From the IMG/VR virus record IMGVR_UViG_3300044627_003892: 64,000 bases of DNA; one strand, 5' to 3'. Shown piece by piece: positions 47,310-55,947 of the stretch (its first letter is position 1; the number at the start of each line of letters is the position of its first letter). The notes under the pieces were generated by a model. That model made no database searches, was not told the origin of the DNA, and worked only from the letters and a program-made list of their open reading frames with translations. The stretch comes from a virus (Duplodnaviria; Caudoviricetes). Position numbers and translations under genes: made by a program.

Positions 47310-47824
47310 AAAAAGTAACATTAAAAGAAAACGAATACGTTAAATTATTAAAATTTGTTTTATCCGAAGCTTTTACGGCAGGGGAAGATAAGATTGACGC
47401 AATTTTAGATAAAATTAGTCAATCAGGTATGGAATCAATCACACCTGAAGAAAGAGAAACTCTTGAAAAATTTACTAAGGGTATTTCAATAGAAGATGAG
47501 TCATCATCTAAAGAAGATTTTATGACAAAAGCGGGTGGTTTTTGGTCTTTTGAATTTCCAGGAATGCCATCGTTTAAATTTAGATATGAGTCAACTGAAG
47601 ATACTGAAGATGAAAAAATACATACAGGATATCTAACAGTTGATGATAGTGATTACTATGGTGAAATTTATTGTGATACGGAAGGTAATTTCCAAACTTG
47701 TATGTTTGAAAATACAACTGAAGGAACCAACGTATTTGAGGATTATGAAGGTTTAGAACACGATATTGAAGTGTTTTTAGATGTTGTCTGTAATGACCTA
47801 AAAGAAGATGATATGATGGCGTAA
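47306..47824 (+). CDS. Acidic protein containing a DUF6576-like helical module
   Basis: DKIDAILDKISQSGMESITPEERETL resembles the C-terminal module of Bacteroidota rhomboid proteins. Confidence 0.5.
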   Translation: MKKVTLKENEYVKLLKFVLSEAFTAGEDKIDAILDKISQSGMESITPEERETLEKFTKGISIEDESSSKEDFMTKAGGFWSFEFPGMPSFKFRYESTEDTEDEKIHTGYLTVDDSDYYGEIYCDTEGNFQTCMFENTTEGTNVFEDYEGLEHDIEVFLDVVCNDLKEDDMMA

Positions 47825-47825
47825 T

Positions 47826-48269
47826 ATGAAAAATTTAAATAACATAATTAAAAAAGTTCTTAAAGAGGAAAATCAAAGATACATGTTTTTCTCTAACTTA
47901 GAACAAATGAAACGCCAATGTGAAATACTACTTGGTAAAGATAAACAAATGATAGAATCAATTTTAGATAATGGACACGATTGGGCTCAAGACCATATTG
48001 CCGAAGCTAAAAATAATATGGACCAAGTATTTGATTTTATCATGAATGAAATCGAGGGTGAAGATTTTAGTAGTGATGACGCTGTAGAAGTAATGTATGA
48101 AGGTCGTAAAAAAGCGGGTACTAAATTATGTGCTCGTGGTAAAGCAGCGGCCGAGTCAAAATATGACGTGTATCCCTCAGCTTACGCTAATGGTTATGCG
48201 ATTCAAGTATGTAAAGGTAAAAAACCTGGTTTAGACGGAAAAAAACGTTGTTCAGGAGCATATTGTTAA
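47826..48269 (+). CDS. Hypothetical protein with basic Cys-containing C-terminus
   Basis: MKNLNNIIKKVLKEE leader and KLCARGKAAAESKYDVYPSAYANGYAIQVCKG. Confidence 0.65.
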   Translation: MKNLNNIIKKVLKEENQRYMFFSNLEQMKRQCEILLGKDKQMIESILDNGHDWAQDHIAEAKNNMDQVFDFIMNEIEGEDFSSDDAVEVMYEGRKKAGTKLCARGKAAAESKYDVYPSAYANGYAIQVCKGKKPGLDGKKRCSGAYC

Positions 48270-48277
48270 TCAAAAAT

Positions 48278-48308
48278 TTTGAATTATTAAAAAATCATAG
48301 TATGTTTG
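48278..48308 (+). promoter_or_regulatory. Bacteroidota-type housekeeping promoter (TTTG-N19-TAnnTTTG)
   Basis: TTTG at 48278-48281, a 19-nt spacer, then TATGTTTG at 48301-48308, upstream of 48328. Confidence 0.55.
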
Positions 48309-48327
48309 TAGTCAAATCATAAATAAC

Positions 48328-48732
48328 ATGACTATAATTAAAAAACTGTGGATTAAATATCGTCTATATCTACGTCGATTAGACCGAGAAAGTACCGAAT
48401 TTGACATTTATATGTCTAACGTGAGGAAATGTTCCACCATATGTAGAAAACTCATTCATTCGGAAGATTCTGAACTCATAATTGCTCCAATATCAGACAA
48501 AAAATATATCCGTAATGATAAATTAGGTATTTTTGTTACTATGGATGGTGGACAAGTTACAGTAACTAATCATACATACAGTTATTTTATTAAATTGAGT
48601 AAAATTCAATGGGATAAATTGGTCGGTACATTTCGTAAAGAAATGGAATTTAGAGCAATGGAGATTGAAAAAGAATTAGAAACTCAAATTAATCACTCAC
48701 TTGATAATATTTATAATAAAATAAATTGTTAA
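48328..48732 (+). CDS. Hypothetical protein
   Basis: 134-aa ORF with its own host-type promoter. Confidence 0.65.
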   Translation: MTIIKKLWIKYRLYLRRLDRESTEFDIYMSNVRKCSTICRKLIHSEDSELIIAPISDKKYIRNDKLGIFVTMDGGQVTVTNHTYSYFIKLSKIQWDKLVGTFRKEMEFRAMEIEKELETQINHSLDNIYNKINC

Positions 48733-48742
48733 TATTAAAGTC

Positions 48743-48988
48743 ATGTCAAAGTTAGATACACAAATTAAAAAAGTATTAAGAGAAATGTCTGAAGAACCTG
48801 AATACGGAAGATTGGATAGAAGTTTAATTCAAGATGTTATCGATAGAATATTATCTGATGAAACGGGTGAATATAAAAATGCGTTAAGAGAATTAAATTC
48901 TGAATACAATACAGGACAATACTCAAGACCTGAAAGAACTTATGAACCTCTTAAACCAGGTATTAGAGTTAGTAAAAGTATTTATTAA
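48743..48988 (+). CDS. Hypothetical protein
   Basis: 81-aa ORF with an IKKVLRE leader. Confidence 0.6.
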   Translation: MSKLDTQIKKVLREMSEEPEYGRLDRSLIQDVIDRILSDETGEYKNALRELNSEYNTGQYSRPERTYEPLKPGIRVSKSIY

Positions 48989-49722
48989 TCTAAAGCCTTC
49001 CTAATTAAAGATATTAAGACCGATTCGTTGGTCTTTTTCTTTTTTGGTTTGTATGAAGTCATAACAGGTTTTTGACCTTTTCCTGTTTGAGTATCTTTCT
49101 TTTCGGCCTTTCTTTTTTGTTGACAAGCCGCTTGTTTTTGAGAATCGGACATTTTAGCAGCCACACCAACCGCTCTACATTTAGGATAACTTTTTTCACT
49201 ACCCTCAGGTCTACCACAAGGTGGATGTTTACCATCTTTTTTACTACAAATATTAACCCATGGACCTTTAGGTTGTTTACTACCCTTTGGTTTTTTCTTA
49301 GTTCCAAACCAAACACCTAAATCTTCATTAGTATCTTTTTTTGATTCATTCACCGAATCTACTTGATAATGTGGTTCGAGTCTCTTAAATGGAGCATACG
49401 CATATTCATCATCTCCTTCATCAGGAGCATCTTGTCTATAATCTTTATCTCTAATATGTTTTGCTAATTTTTCTCTTTTTTGAATTTCTTTTTTAGATTT
49501 TTTAACATGACCATCTAATGAATCGTAATTTATTTCAGCGTCAACATAATCAGATACAGGGTCAATAAATGGCATTAAATTTTTATCAAACCATTTTCTA
49601 ATTCCTGGTCTAATTGGTGGTTTGTATGTGCCACCAACAGTTGATGTCGTAGAGGCTTCATTTAAATATTTCTCATATTCAGTTAATTTTTTAAAAATAT
49701 CTAATAAGTTCGTGCTTTCCAT
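48985..49722 (-). CDS. Hypothetical basic protein with a Cys-containing module; ATG start at 49722
   Basis: EDLGVWFG...WVNIC...PCGR...YPKC, with several xNE sites. Confidence 0.65.
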   Translation of the reverse strand: MESTNLLDIFKKLTEYEKYLNEASTTSTVGGTYKPPIRPGIRKWFDKNLMPFIDPVSDYVDAEINYDSLDGHVKKSKKEIQKREKLAKHIRDKDYRQDAPDEGDDEYAYAPFKRLEPHYQVDSVNESKKDTNEDLGVWFGTKKKPKGSKQPKGPWVNICSKKDGKHPPCGRPEGSEKSYPKCRAVGVAAKMSDSQKQAACQQKRKAEKKDTQTGKGQKPVMTSYKPKKKKTNESVLISLIRKALD

Positions 49723-49763
49723 AATCAATTTAAATTATTATCATTATATAAATATTACAAATT

Positions 49764-50018
49764 ATGGAACATTCTAATGAAGATATATTAAAAGAAGAAA
49801 TTATTGAAAAATTCAAAAATTTAAATCCTATTGGAAGTTTATTTGATGCTATTAATTATACTTCTTATGAAGATTTAGACAAATTCATAGTTAATATGTC
49901 TCAAGAACAATCTCTTTATTGTTTAATGGAGGCAGTTAAATGCTCATACAGAAGAGGTGTATTTACTCTTGAGGAAAGTGAAGCTATATCTAAATCACTT
50001 AGGATTTTATCTAAATAA
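49764..50018 (+). CDS. Hypothetical protein
   Basis: 84-aa ORF ending at a bidirectional terminator. Confidence 0.6.
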   Translation: MEHSNEDILKEEIIEKFKNLNPIGSLFDAINYTSYEDLDKFIVNMSQEQSLYCLMEAVKCSYRRGVFTLEESEAISKSLRILSK

Positions 50019-50047
50019 AAAAAGGTCAGATTTCTCTGACCTTTTTT
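50017..50047. terminator. Bidirectional terminator after the capsid gene and convergent 49764..50018
   Basis: A-run, GGTCAGA-TTTC-TCTGACC, T-run. Confidence 0.85.
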
Positions 50048-50066
50048 ATTATCGATTAAGATAAGA

Positions 50067-51959
50067 TTATCTTAACTCATTCAAATCGAATGTACGAACA
50101 CCATCAACGATGATACGTCCATAGAAACGGTTATTAACCATCTTCTTAGCGTAACGTGTCATAATACCCTTGATAGGAGTAAAGTTGAATGGGTTATACA
50201 TTGTTGGAGTTAATTGTAACGGTACGTATGGAGCGTAGATGTAACCAGTATCCAATAAAGAAGTACCTTTATGACCAATCAACACAGTGTTAGCTGGGAA
50301 GTATGGGTCACGGTATACTTGGTAACGACCACTTAATGTACCAACTCTCTCAATACCCATGTTGAATTGGTCCTGCTCAGGAGCCGCATTTGATACGTGG
50401 AAGTATTCCAAGTCATCAAAGATAGCACTGATTTCAGAAGATACAACAATCCAGTTAGCTCCACCTCTTAAAGTAGACTTATGGATTTGAGCTGAAATTT
50501 GGTTGATTGCAGTAATCAACGTTTGATTCCAGTCCTTTTGAGTGTAAGGAGTTGATTGGTTGTTCAGACGCTTCCATCCGTTGTAATCCCAACGTAATGT
50601 CCAAGCCGCACCTTTACGTAAGTCACGTAAAATTTCACGGTCAATTTCAGCCGCCACTTGCTCAGATAATAAAGCTGTTAATTCAGCTTCAGCATCGATG
50701 TTGTGGAATGCCGCAACGTCTTGTGCCATTTCTGGAGACCATTGTGCTCTTAATTTTCTTTCTGTTACAGAAACAGTTACTGACTCAAGGTCAAAAGAAA
50801 CTTCACCAATCTTATCTTCAAATTCTAACTCTTCGTAACGTCTCCAAGCAGCTTGGATGTTAGTATATGCATTACCAGTACCAGCAGTAGCTCCTGACCA
50901 ATATTGGTTAGTCAATGAAGAACCTGAATATCCATCAGGAGTTGATTGTCCACATGCGATACATGCTGGAACTTGTAAATCAACTTCTAAATAGATAAAT
51001 CCTTTTTGGTCACATACGTTATCATAATAACCACCATTACCACCTGTAGTTTGAGCTCCAGGGAATGCAGCTTGTGTTGAAGTGTATTGAGGACCATACA
51101 TAGCCTGACCATACTTCTGAGTTACAACACGATATAAAAGTGGAGTATATGTTGCAACACCCAAGTCGGTAGCAACGTTTGTGTTATTAGTATAAAGAAC
51201 CAAATTAGATAAGAAAGATTCAGTATCTTGCTCTTGTCCGTCAGGTCCGATTAATTTACCTATACCACTAGCACTTAAACCTGAAAGTGCAACAATAACT
51301 TTACGATATTCAGTTTTTGAAGCCGCAACTTGTCCAAGAAGAGTATAACCTGAAGCAATTAACGCACCATTAGACCAAGCAACTGTCGGTGTGTTTGCAG
51401 TATAAGTTACAAAACGTCCTTTAGAATAATCGAATAAACCTGCTGGGTCAAGACCTGGCTCAGTTCCTTCGTAGAATAAATCATAAAGATTTTTTGTATA
51501 TGCTCCTGAAGATGTACCATAACCTGCGTTAGGGTCACCAGGATAGTTTCCAGGAGAACCTACAGGTGCGTAGTGGTCACCTGAAGTAACGTTTACACCA
51601 TTGATTGAAGAACCTCCAGAATAACCTTGGATTTGAGGTACAAAGTAGAACAATTTACCGATTGGTAAGTTCATAGCTTGTACAGAAACGATTTCGTTAG
51701 ACAATAATTTAGAGAACACACGTCTGATGATAGGGAATACCACAGTCTCGAATGAACCTGAATCTGCCGTAGAAGATGCTTCGTTAATTAAATGTGACGC
51801 TTGGTTTTCATACAATTGTGCAACATTTTCTTTTAGGTGGCCTTTAAGACCTTCAAGGAACCCTAATTTGTCCCATTTGTTTATAGTGTCTTCTTTGATA
51901 ACTTTCAAGTGCTTAAGACCGATGTTACCTACTAATCCACTTTCTAATAATGCTCCCAT
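50067..51959 (-). CDS. gp23: Major capsid protein (T4 gp23-like) with an enlarged insertion domain
   Basis: VSVQAMNLPIGKLFY, RKLRAQWSPEMAQD, EIDREI, GYIYAPYVPL and GIMTRYA. Confidence 0.96.
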   Translation of the reverse strand: MGALLESGLVGNIGLKHLKVIKEDTINKWDKLGFLEGLKGHLKENVAQLYENQASHLINEASSTADSGSFETVVFPIIRRVFSKLLSNEIVSVQAMNLPIGKLFYFVPQIQGYSGGSSINGVNVTSGDHYAPVGSPGNYPGDPNAGYGTSSGAYTKNLYDLFYEGTEPGLDPAGLFDYSKGRFVTYTANTPTVAWSNGALIASGYTLLGQVAASKTEYRKVIVALSGLSASGIGKLIGPDGQEQDTESFLSNLVLYTNNTNVATDLGVATYTPLLYRVVTQKYGQAMYGPQYTSTQAAFPGAQTTGGNGGYYDNVCDQKGFIYLEVDLQVPACIACGQSTPDGYSGSSLTNQYWSGATAGTGNAYTNIQAAWRRYEELEFEDKIGEVSFDLESVTVSVTERKLRAQWSPEMAQDVAAFHNIDAEAELTALLSEQVAAEIDREILRDLRKGAAWTLRWDYNGWKRLNNQSTPYTQKDWNQTLITAINQISAQIHKSTLRGGANWIVVSSEISAIFDDLEYFHVSNAAPEQDQFNMGIERVGTLSGRYQVYRDPYFPANTVLIGHKGTSLLDTGYIYAPYVPLQLTPTMYNPFNFTPIKGIMTRYAKKMVNNRFYGRIIVDGVRTFDLNELR

Positions 51960-51988
51960 TTATTTTATAGGTTTTTTATTTTTTAAGT

Positions 51989-53419
51989 TTATTTTATTAT
52001 TTTTGACATAATGTCTTTCATTCTCAAGAATTGAGGATTCTCATAAGTCTTAGATTCAATCAGATTAACTGCTGAACCTGACTGTGGAGCTTTATCAATT
52101 ACTCTTTCGATTGACTCAGTCATGAACTTTTTGGTTTCCCCTCCAAGTTCGTCTTTTATTGTTTTATACAAAGCTTTAGACTCTTTAAGAGTTTCAGCAG
52201 AATCAAATCTTCTTAAAACGTTAATTTTTTCCTGCTTTGATGTAGAATGTTCTGTGAACAATCTTGTAGCATATGCTAAATTTGAATTAAATACGGCAAC
52301 TTCGTTAAGTTTATCTCTAAACATATTTAGAGCCTTTCTGTATTCTTCATTTTTAGCCTTTAACATTTCAACTTCTTCCATGATTTCACGGTTTTCAAAA
52401 GTTAGATTTCTGTTAGGTGTAACACCTTTTCTTAAACCACGTCCTTCTTTAGAACCGAATCCATAAGTACGAGATGCTTCTTTAGCTTCTTCCTTAGTGA
52501 ATTTTTTTACACCCTTTGGACTTGGCATGTCAAACATTTCACCTTCTTTGAATTCAAACTTTGGTTTAGATGTTCCTTTAGTAGGGTTAGCGTGTGATTT
52601 CTTTTCGTTAAAACCACCTTTAGATTTTTCATAATTAAATTTGGCTTTACCTACAGAACCTTTTGTACCAACTTTTGGTTTAATAACAGATTTAGATTCG
52701 TACATTACGTCTTCTTCAAACGTGTATTCCTCTTCTTCTTCACCTTCTTCCATGGTTTCAAAATCTTTGTAATGACCATCAACGTCTCCGATTTTATGAC
52801 CATCTCGTCTTTTATAATCGTGTTCGTCTCCGCCATACATTTCATCTAATTCTTCTTCAGCTTCATCATCCATTTCAATTTCGTAAACGATTTCTTCTGA
52901 TTCTTCTTCATTATCTTCTTCCATTCCAAACTCCTCTTCTTCAGATTCTGTTTGAATAAGGTATTCATCTTCTTCATCTTTTAAATGAATGAAATCACCT
53001 TCTTTTTTAATTTCAAAAGAATCATCTGGACTCATTTGTTTGTAAGCCTTTAAGACATCTTCTAATGAATGGTTAGATAAATCCATGATTTCATCAGATT
53101 CGAAATCATCTCCACCACTGATATCAGAAAAATTTGACATGTCGAAACTTTCTTCAGAATCTTCGTCTTCAGACTCGTCTTCTTCAGACTCGTCATCAAA
53201 TTCAAATTCGTCTTCCTCAGAATCATCTTCAGATTCTAATTCGTCTTCAACTTCAAATTCATCTTCTTCTTCAGCCTCATTTTTCATAGACTCTTTTACT
53301 AATTCGCTAATTTCTTCTTTCATTGTAGAATGAAGTATTTCTTTTGCATTTTCATTGATTGCTTCTTCCAAATTTTGTATTTGGATTAATGCTTCTTCAA
53401 CTAAGTTTTTTTCTGCCAT
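51989..53419 (-). CDS. Prohead core scaffolding protein (gp22-like)
   Basis: Highly acidic with many LxE/IxE sites. C-terminal LNEVAVFNSNLAYATRLF. Directly upstream of the capsid gene. Confidence 0.8.
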   Translation of the reverse strand: MAEKNLVEEALIQIQNLEEAINENAKEILHSTMKEEISELVKESMKNEAEEEDEFEVEDELESEDDSEEDEFEFDDESEEDESEDEDSEESFDMSNFSDISGGDDFESDEIMDLSNHSLEDVLKAYKQMSPDDSFEIKKEGDFIHLKDEEDEYLIQTESEEEEFGMEEDNEEESEEIVYEIEMDDEAEEELDEMYGGDEHDYKRRDGHKIGDVDGHYKDFETMEEGEEEEEYTFEEDVMYESKSVIKPKVGTKGSVGKAKFNYEKSKGGFNEKKSHANPTKGTSKPKFEFKEGEMFDMPSPKGVKKFTKEEAKEASRTYGFGSKEGRGLRKGVTPNRNLTFENREIMEEVEMLKAKNEEYRKALNMFRDKLNEVAVFNSNLAYATRLFTEHSTSKQEKINVLRRFDSAETLKESKALYKTIKDELGGETKKFMTESIERVIDKAPQSGSAVNLIESKTYENPQFLRMKDIMSKIIK

Positions 53420-53438
53420 TGCGTAGTTATTTTATTAA

Positions 53439-53445
53439 ATAAATA
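53439..53445 (-). promoter_or_regulatory. TATTTAT motif upstream of the scaffold/capsid operon
   Basis: 19 nt before the ATG, just after a terminator. Confidence 0.6.
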
Positions 53446-53486
53446 TGCAGATGTTTAGAAAAATTAATTTTTTTTGGTTTTTAAAT

Positions 53487-53514
53487 AAAAAAAGGGGACT
53501 TTTGTCCCCCTTTT
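53487..53514 (-). terminator. Terminator upstream of the scaffold gene
   Basis: GGGGAC-AAAA-GTCCCC followed by a T run on the minus strand. Confidence 0.75.
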
Positions 53515-53536
53515 AAATTCTTTTTAAACTTTGTGA

Positions 53537-53752
53537 TTACTCAAACACTTCGTCAATTTTACTTTCACTTACTGAAGTAATTCTCCAATCATAACTAAAT
53601 GATTTGTAAGCCTCAGTAACTTTAGCTTCTACATCAGTAACAGAATAACCTTTTACAAGTTTTTCTTCTCTTACCTTTTTAATTTTTCCTGTGTTTTCAT
53701 CTGGCAAATCGTATTGGATTTTAGCCACAAAGTATTTTTCGTCCATTTCCAT
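53537..53752 (-). CDS. Hypothetical protein
   Basis: 71-aa ORF between protease and scaffold. Confidence 0.65.
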   Translation of the reverse strand: MEMDEKYFVAKIQYDLPDENTGKIKKVREEKLVKGYSVTDVEAKVTEAYKSFSYDWRITSVSESKIDEVFE

Positions 53753-53758
53753 AATTGT

Positions 53759-54478
53759 TTATTTTCCTAAATAATCGGAAAGTCTTCCCATTAAATCAAG
53801 CGATTTGTTAACTGTTCTTGATGCTTTCATCTCATTTTCTTCTTGTAGGTTCTCCTCAAACGCAAATCTTCCATCAGGTTCAGTAAATAAATAAGCTCCT
53901 GGTGTTGATGGTGAAGATACCAAGTCAAAACAAATTAATTCAAAATCATCTTGAACTTCATTTTGGTCACCTACCTTCTTTAAGGAACCTACCCCTCTTG
54001 ACGATATACCTAACGTTACACCTAATCTTAATAGATTTGCCGCTTGGTCACCCTTTGTTGATACGATACCTCTTTCATGGAACCCTGGTGAAGTTAGAAG
54101 TAATAACTTACCTAATAGAACATTACCATCCCACCACATCTCTGTAATCATGTGTGATACTCTATCTAAATCTATCAATGAAGACTCAGGGTGGTTAAGT
54201 TCTGATAAAGCGGTTTTCTTACCGATATAATTTTTTATATAATTTTCAGATTCTCTCTTTAAAATTCTTTCAGGATATATTCTACCGTTTCTATTGGGTG
54301 TATTATATTTTTGTAGAACGGCATAGAACTCAAATGGTTTTGAATAATCTTTAAAATCCCTACTTTCTTGTAAGAATGTTTGATTATGTTTTTCTGTCGG
54401 GGAAACATATCCCGCATCCATCTCAATTAAAATACCTTTTCCTGTCTCTTTTGGACCTAATATTTTGTAATTTTGCAT
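53759..54478 (-). CDS. gp21: Prohead maturation protease (T4 gp21-like)
   Basis: NRNGRIYP, ELNHP, GISSRGVGS and DLVSSPSTPGA. Confidence 0.93.
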   Translation of the reverse strand: MQNYKILGPKETGKGILIEMDAGYVSPTEKHNQTFLQESRDFKDYSKPFEFYAVLQKYNTPNRNGRIYPERILKRESENYIKNYIGKKTALSELNHPESSLIDLDRVSHMITEMWWDGNVLLGKLLLLTSPGFHERGIVSTKGDQAANLLRLGVTLGISSRGVGSLKKVGDQNEVQDDFELICFDLVSSPSTPGAYLFTEPDGRFAFEENLQEENEMKASRTVNKSLDLMGRLSDYLGK

Positions 54479-54500
54479 TTTACCTTTTTATAGATAAATA

Positions 54501-54965
54501 TTAAATACTTTCTATTTTATCGGTTGTTTTTATTTTGTTCGATTTTGTAAGATAAAATTTGAAATATTTTGATTTTTTAAAAGATTCTTTTTCTACATAA
54601 TTTATGATATTTTTAATAGAATTTTTTAGTTCTACAGATTTAAAATCAATATCTTTTTTCAAAAAGAATGTTACTTCTAAATTCATAAAAGACCTTTTCT
54701 TAATTGTTATTCCACTTGTCCTTAAATCTAAATCAACTATAAATTTTTCATTTAGTAAGTCATTGTCGATAATTTCTATTAAGTTTGTTTTAATATTTTT
54801 ATTAAATACTGATACAATTCTATTCCAACTTTCTTCGTGTGTCTTTGGTTCAACCCAAGATTGGATATTTAAATAAATTGATTTTAAATTTTTTGAGTCA
54901 ACCGTACCATAAGAACATTTTATTTGTTTATATCCTCTAACCACACAACTTTTTCCTTTTTTCAT
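54501..54965 (-). CDS. Hypothetical protein
   Basis: 154-aa ORF preceded by TTGACA-N17-TAATAT. Confidence 0.65.
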   Translation of the reverse strand: MKKGKSCVVRGYKQIKCSYGTVDSKNLKSIYLNIQSWVEPKTHEESWNRIVSVFNKNIKTNLIEIIDNDLLNEKFIVDLDLRTSGITIKKRSFMNLEVTFFLKKDIDFKSVELKNSIKNIINYVEKESFKKSKYFKFYLTKSNKIKTTDKIESI

Positions 54966-55033
54966 TTACAAGTTTTTCATATCTTCGTTTATTTATGTAA
55001 GTAATATTAATCAACAAAAACCGAGTTGTCAAA

Positions 55034-55219
55034 ATGCTAATAATTCCCGTAAAAAATAACGATTTAGAAAAATCTTTAAAAAACTTTAAATCAAAAGTTT
55101 TAAAAACCAAAATGATTGTAGAGTTACAAAACAGAAAAAACTACAAAAAAAAATCTGACATAAAACGTCAGATTTTAAATGATGCTATTTATAAAAATTC
55201 AAAAAATAAAGATTTATAA
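55034..55219 (+). CDS. rpsU: Phage-encoded ribosomal protein bS21, Bacteroidota type
   Basis: MLIIPVKNNDLEKSLKNFKSKVLKTKMIVELQNRKNYKKKSDIKRQILNDAIY aligns with Bacteroidota bS21 (MLIIPxK..IDRALKRYKRK..T....LR.R..F.KPS..RR....KA.Y). Confidence 0.8.
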   Translation: MLIIPVKNNDLEKSLKNFKSKVLKTKMIVELQNRKNYKKKSDIKRQILNDAIYKNSKNKDL

Positions 55220-55924
55220 ATTTTGTGTTAAATTCATTAATTTAATATATTCTTTTTTAGAATGTTTTACATTTGTAAGTCTTTCTTTTGTTTCTAATAA
55301 AACTTTTGATAGTTCTTCATCAGACTCTGAAATAAGAGTGTCAATTTTTTGAATTGCAGTTTCTTTTAATTCTGTAAATTTTGTTTTTAAATTTTCATCA
55401 TTTGATGATAAAATTTCTTTAACAGAATTTCTTTCAGATTCAGTTAGGTTTTCTAAATATTTTTCAGCCGTTTTATTAGCAACTTTTAACATTGAACTAA
55501 TTGGTACGTTTGTAGATTTAGTTTCTTTTATTATTGGTTTTTTACCTAAAGACTCAACGATTGATTTTTTAGCAATTGATTTCTTTTCAGGTTTTAGTAA
55601 ATCACCATAAAATAATTCATCAATTGTTTTGTATTTGTTTTCAAGTACAATATCCTTAGTCCAACTTTTAACAAAATTTACTGTATTTTCAGATAATTTA
55701 ATTTGTCTAAATTCATTAGATAAATCATCAACCAAATAAGTTGCGGTTTCTTTATCTAATTCTTTATTTTCTTTTAAATTATCATATATCGACATTAATT
55801 TACAAAAATCACTATTTTTAAGTAATTTTCTTTCAAAAAGTCGCATATCAGTTTTAAGAGTTCCTTTAACAAAGGAATCAATTAATTTATTTTCTACTAA
55901 TGTTTTTATTAATCCAAATCTCAT
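55214..55924 (-). CDS. Hypothetical helical protein of the head module
   Basis: 236-aa ORF downstream of the portal gene. Confidence 0.65.
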   Translation of the reverse strand: MRFGLIKTLVENKLIDSFVKGTLKTDMRLFERKLLKNSDFCKLMSIYDNLKENKELDKETATYLVDDLSNEFRQIKLSENTVNFVKSWTKDIVLENKYKTIDELFYGDLLKPEKKSIAKKSIVESLGKKPIIKETKSTNVPISSMLKVANKTAEKYLENLTESERNSVKEILSSNDENLKTKFTELKETAIQKIDTLISESDEELSKVLLETKERLTNVKHSKKEYIKLMNLTQNL

Positions 55925-55947
55925 GTCTATATTTTTTTATATAAATA

